A stretch of DNA of 64,000 bases from Eledone cirrhosa (taxonomy: Eukaryota), in NCBI GenBank assembly GCA_964016885.1, contig OZ024741.1, forward strand, positions 152,272,001-152,336,000, written 5' to 3'. This document shows, piece by piece, positions 61,310-64,000 of the stretch. The notes under the pieces are model-generated. The model was not told where the DNA came from. It worked only from the letters and a program-made list of their open reading frames with translations, and did not search any database. Position 1 is the first letter of the stretch. The number at the start of each line of letters is the position of its first letter. The position numbers were made by a program, and so were the translations under genes.

Positions 61310-61562
61310 CATGGGTTTTGCACCTAGAAAGTTCTCCTTGTCAGGGCAAGGTGTTAATGGAAGACCACTAGTCACCTATGCATACCAGTTTTCCCTCCCC
61401 ATGTCACTGATGTTGTCCAAGGGAAAGGTAAAGGTTGCAACTCATTTTTTCCAGTTGAGTGAACTGGAACAACATGAAATAAAGTGTCCTACTCAAGGAC
61501 ACATTGCCCGATCCAGAAATTGAACTCACAACCTCACAATGTAAATCCAACGCTCTAAGCCA

Positions 61563-61566
<4 letters not shown>
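61310..61566 (-). mobile_element. CORE-type tRNA SINE with a different 3' tail
   Basis: On -: tggcttagagcg, gagttcaatt, gtgtccttgagtaggacactttatttc...ctcaactggaaaaaatgag. Confidence 0.7.
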
Positions 61567-61627
<61 letters not shown>

Positions 61628-61628
<1 letters not shown>

Positions 61629-61918
61629 GTGAGAGAAACTGTGTATAAGAGGAATAAACTGTGGTGTGATGGAGAGAAGACTGCGTTGGTATGGACATGT
61701 GATGCGCATGGAAGATGACCGCTGGGTAAAGAAGTGCCAGTGGAAGGAACACGCAGTAAAGGAAGACTATGAAAATCATGGGTGGAGGTTGGGAGAACTG
61801 ACCTCAGGTCGCTGAACCTCACAGAGGAAATGACGAAGGACCGTGACGGATGAAAAGATACTGTGCTGAAAAGGACCCGTCCTACTCTTGCAAGCAGACG
61901 TAAAATGATGATGATGAT
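61628..61918 (+). mobile_element. Second RTE type A 3' end
   Basis: Paralogous to 61005-61305 (RRLRWYGHV..KRTRPTLAS). Confidence 0.8.
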
Positions 61919-61934
61919 ATATATATATATATAT

Positions 61935-64000
61935 ATCATCATCATCAACGTTTAACGTCCGTGTTCCATGCTTGCATGGGTTTGGACGGGGGTAGTCCCA
62001 CTTGAGGCAAGAGTGATTGTCTTGCTCGCATAGGACTGTCTGGCAGGTTTTCTACAGTTGGATGCCCTTCCTAACACCAACCACATTTACAGTGTGGGTC
62101 TGGGAGGTTTTTACCGTGTTGCCTACACGGCCACATTACAGCGTGGACTGTGTGTTTTTTTGTCGTGACACCTACACGATCTCATTTGTTTCGGCCTGGA
62201 TGGCGCGGCACCAACATAACTTTACATAGAACGGGGTGGTGTGGATGGGGTGGGGGTGGTGGCGGGACGGGGTGTATTTTGTTAGAGATGCCTACTGGCA
62301 AGGCGGGTCTTCTCTGTTACTGAGTACCGCCAAAGGTCTCGGTCCAGTGACATTGTCTTGGAGAGGTGTAAGTGTGTGAGGTCGGAGTTTATCAGCTCAT
62401 CCCAGGTTTTTCTAGGTCTGCCTATTCCGTGGCTACCGTCTATCTTTATTGCCCTGCACTTGGTTATACAGCTATCGACTTTCATGCGCATCACGTGTCC
62501 ATACCAACGCAGCCTTCTCTCGAGTAAACAACATCTGATCCCTCTTATCTCTAATTTTTTCCTTAGTTCGTTTATGCTTTGCCGTTCACGTATATTACTG
62601 TTACACATCCAGCGGAGCATGCAAGCTTCGTTCCTCTCTAGTCTGCGTATATCCTCTGCACACAATGCCCAGGTCTCACTACCATGCAACATTGCTGTTC
62701 GTATGCAGGCATCGTACAACCTGCCTTTCATTTTTAGGGAGAACCCTTTAGCAGCTAATAGTGGTATAAGCTCTCTGAACTTTTTCCAACCAGTTCTGAC
62801 TCTAGCTACAGTACTTTCAGAGCACCCTCCCCCACTGCTGATTTTATCGCCCAGGTAACGGAAGCTGTCCACTATTTCTATAGAACCCTCTGCGCAATTG
62901 AAAGAGCTAGTATTTTGTGGGCACTTGCTGCTACTTATTGCACCAGAACACCGGCCACATGTAAAATCTATGTTCTTAGTTAGCTTACCTGTGATCCCAC
63001 TACATCTTTTATGCACCCATACTTTGCATTTAGGACATAAAATGGAGTTTTTACCTACGCCTTTCCTACATACCGAGCACGACCATTTCCCAGAAGGGAC
63101 CGCCGCCTTGTTTTCTTTCCTACAAACTAGAACTTTGGTCTTAGCCAGGTTAATTTTAAGTCCTTTTGACTCTAGGCCGTGCTTCCATGTTTGGAATTTC
63201 TTCTCTAGCTCGGCCATTGATTCCGCTATGAGTGTCAGGTCGTCTGCGTATAGGAGTTCCCATGGGCAGCCTGTCTTGAACTCTTCTGTTATAGCCTGAA
63301 GGGCAATAATAAATAGTAGGGGGCTGAGAACAGAGCCCTGATGGACGCCAACTTTTACGCTAAACTCTTCACTATATTCGTTGTTAATTCTAACCTTGCT
63401 GACTGTTTCTTTATACATGGCTTGTATAGCCCTCACAAGCCATTCGTCAACGCCTAGTTTTCTAAGAGCCCACCAGATAATGGAGCGGGGGACTCTGTCG
63501 AAGGCTTTCTCCAGGTCGACAAAAGCTTAGTAGAGGGGTTTACCTTTAGCTAGGTACTTCTCCTGTAGTTGTCGTACTATGAAAAGAGCGTCTGTGGTGC
63601 TTTTGCCTGACACAAACCCGAACTGCATTTCATCTAGGTCAATTCTCTCTCTGATTAGTTGCGCTATTACTTTTTCCGTGACCTTCATGACCTGGTCGAT
63701 TAATTTAATGCCTCTATAGTTACTCCTATCTAGGGCGTCTCCTTTACCCTTATAACAGTTAACGATGATGCTGCTATGCCAGTCCTTCGGAACAACCCCA
63801 TTCTGTACGACTTGGTTAACTATGCGGGTGACCATGGTGTGTCCCACCGTGCCAGATGCCTTCAGCATCTCAGCAACTATTTCCGAAGGCCCAGCCGCCT
63901 TACCCGTCTTCATATCCTTGATTGCCTTACTTATTATACTCCCCTCGACTAACACTGCTGGTCCCTCTATTGGGTCGATATGGGGGAGACTGTCTTTCTC
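61935..64000 (-). mobile_element. Young RTE LINE (type B), RT and PHD-like finger; continues past the window end
   Basis: ORFs 63527-63955 and 62282-63436 are in the same frame, separated by one TAA (PLY*AFVDLEKAFDRVP); QGSVLSP, YADD, FRYLG, GRPRKTW; ~350-nt 3'UTR ending in acccatgcaagcatgg and (gat)n. Confidence 0.93.

Overview
AT-rich, microsatellite- and retroposon-dense animal genomic DNA; the repeat types suggest a coleoid cephalopod such as Octopus (inference). Two spliced genes converge tail-to-tail. On + is a drebrin-like/Abp1 gene (DBNL; ADF-H, coiled-coil, Pro/acidic and SH3 regions) with 12 coding exons traced from 7355 to 26692 plus a candidate 24-nt microexon; no start exon was found in the window. 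On - is a type II phosphatidylinositol 4-kinase (PI4K2; CCPCC motif) with 8 coding exons from 55456 to 38947; its start exon probably lies beyond 64000. Introns and UTRs hold RTE LINEs (two 3'-end types, with a PHD-like finger inside the RT region), CR1, R4/Dong, CRE and Penelope-like elements, Helitron and mariner remnants, piggyBac-like MITEs and several tRNA-derived SINEs. The most notable observations are the C4HC3 finger inside the RTE RT, a SINE/LINE pair sharing a 3' tail, three unrelated hairpin-plus-tail inserts in (TA)n, a microexon preceded by a long stem-loop, a CACCTG array after the PI4K2 stop, and a possible antisense spliced transcript over the DBNL 3' end. All calls were made by eye; no database searches were run.
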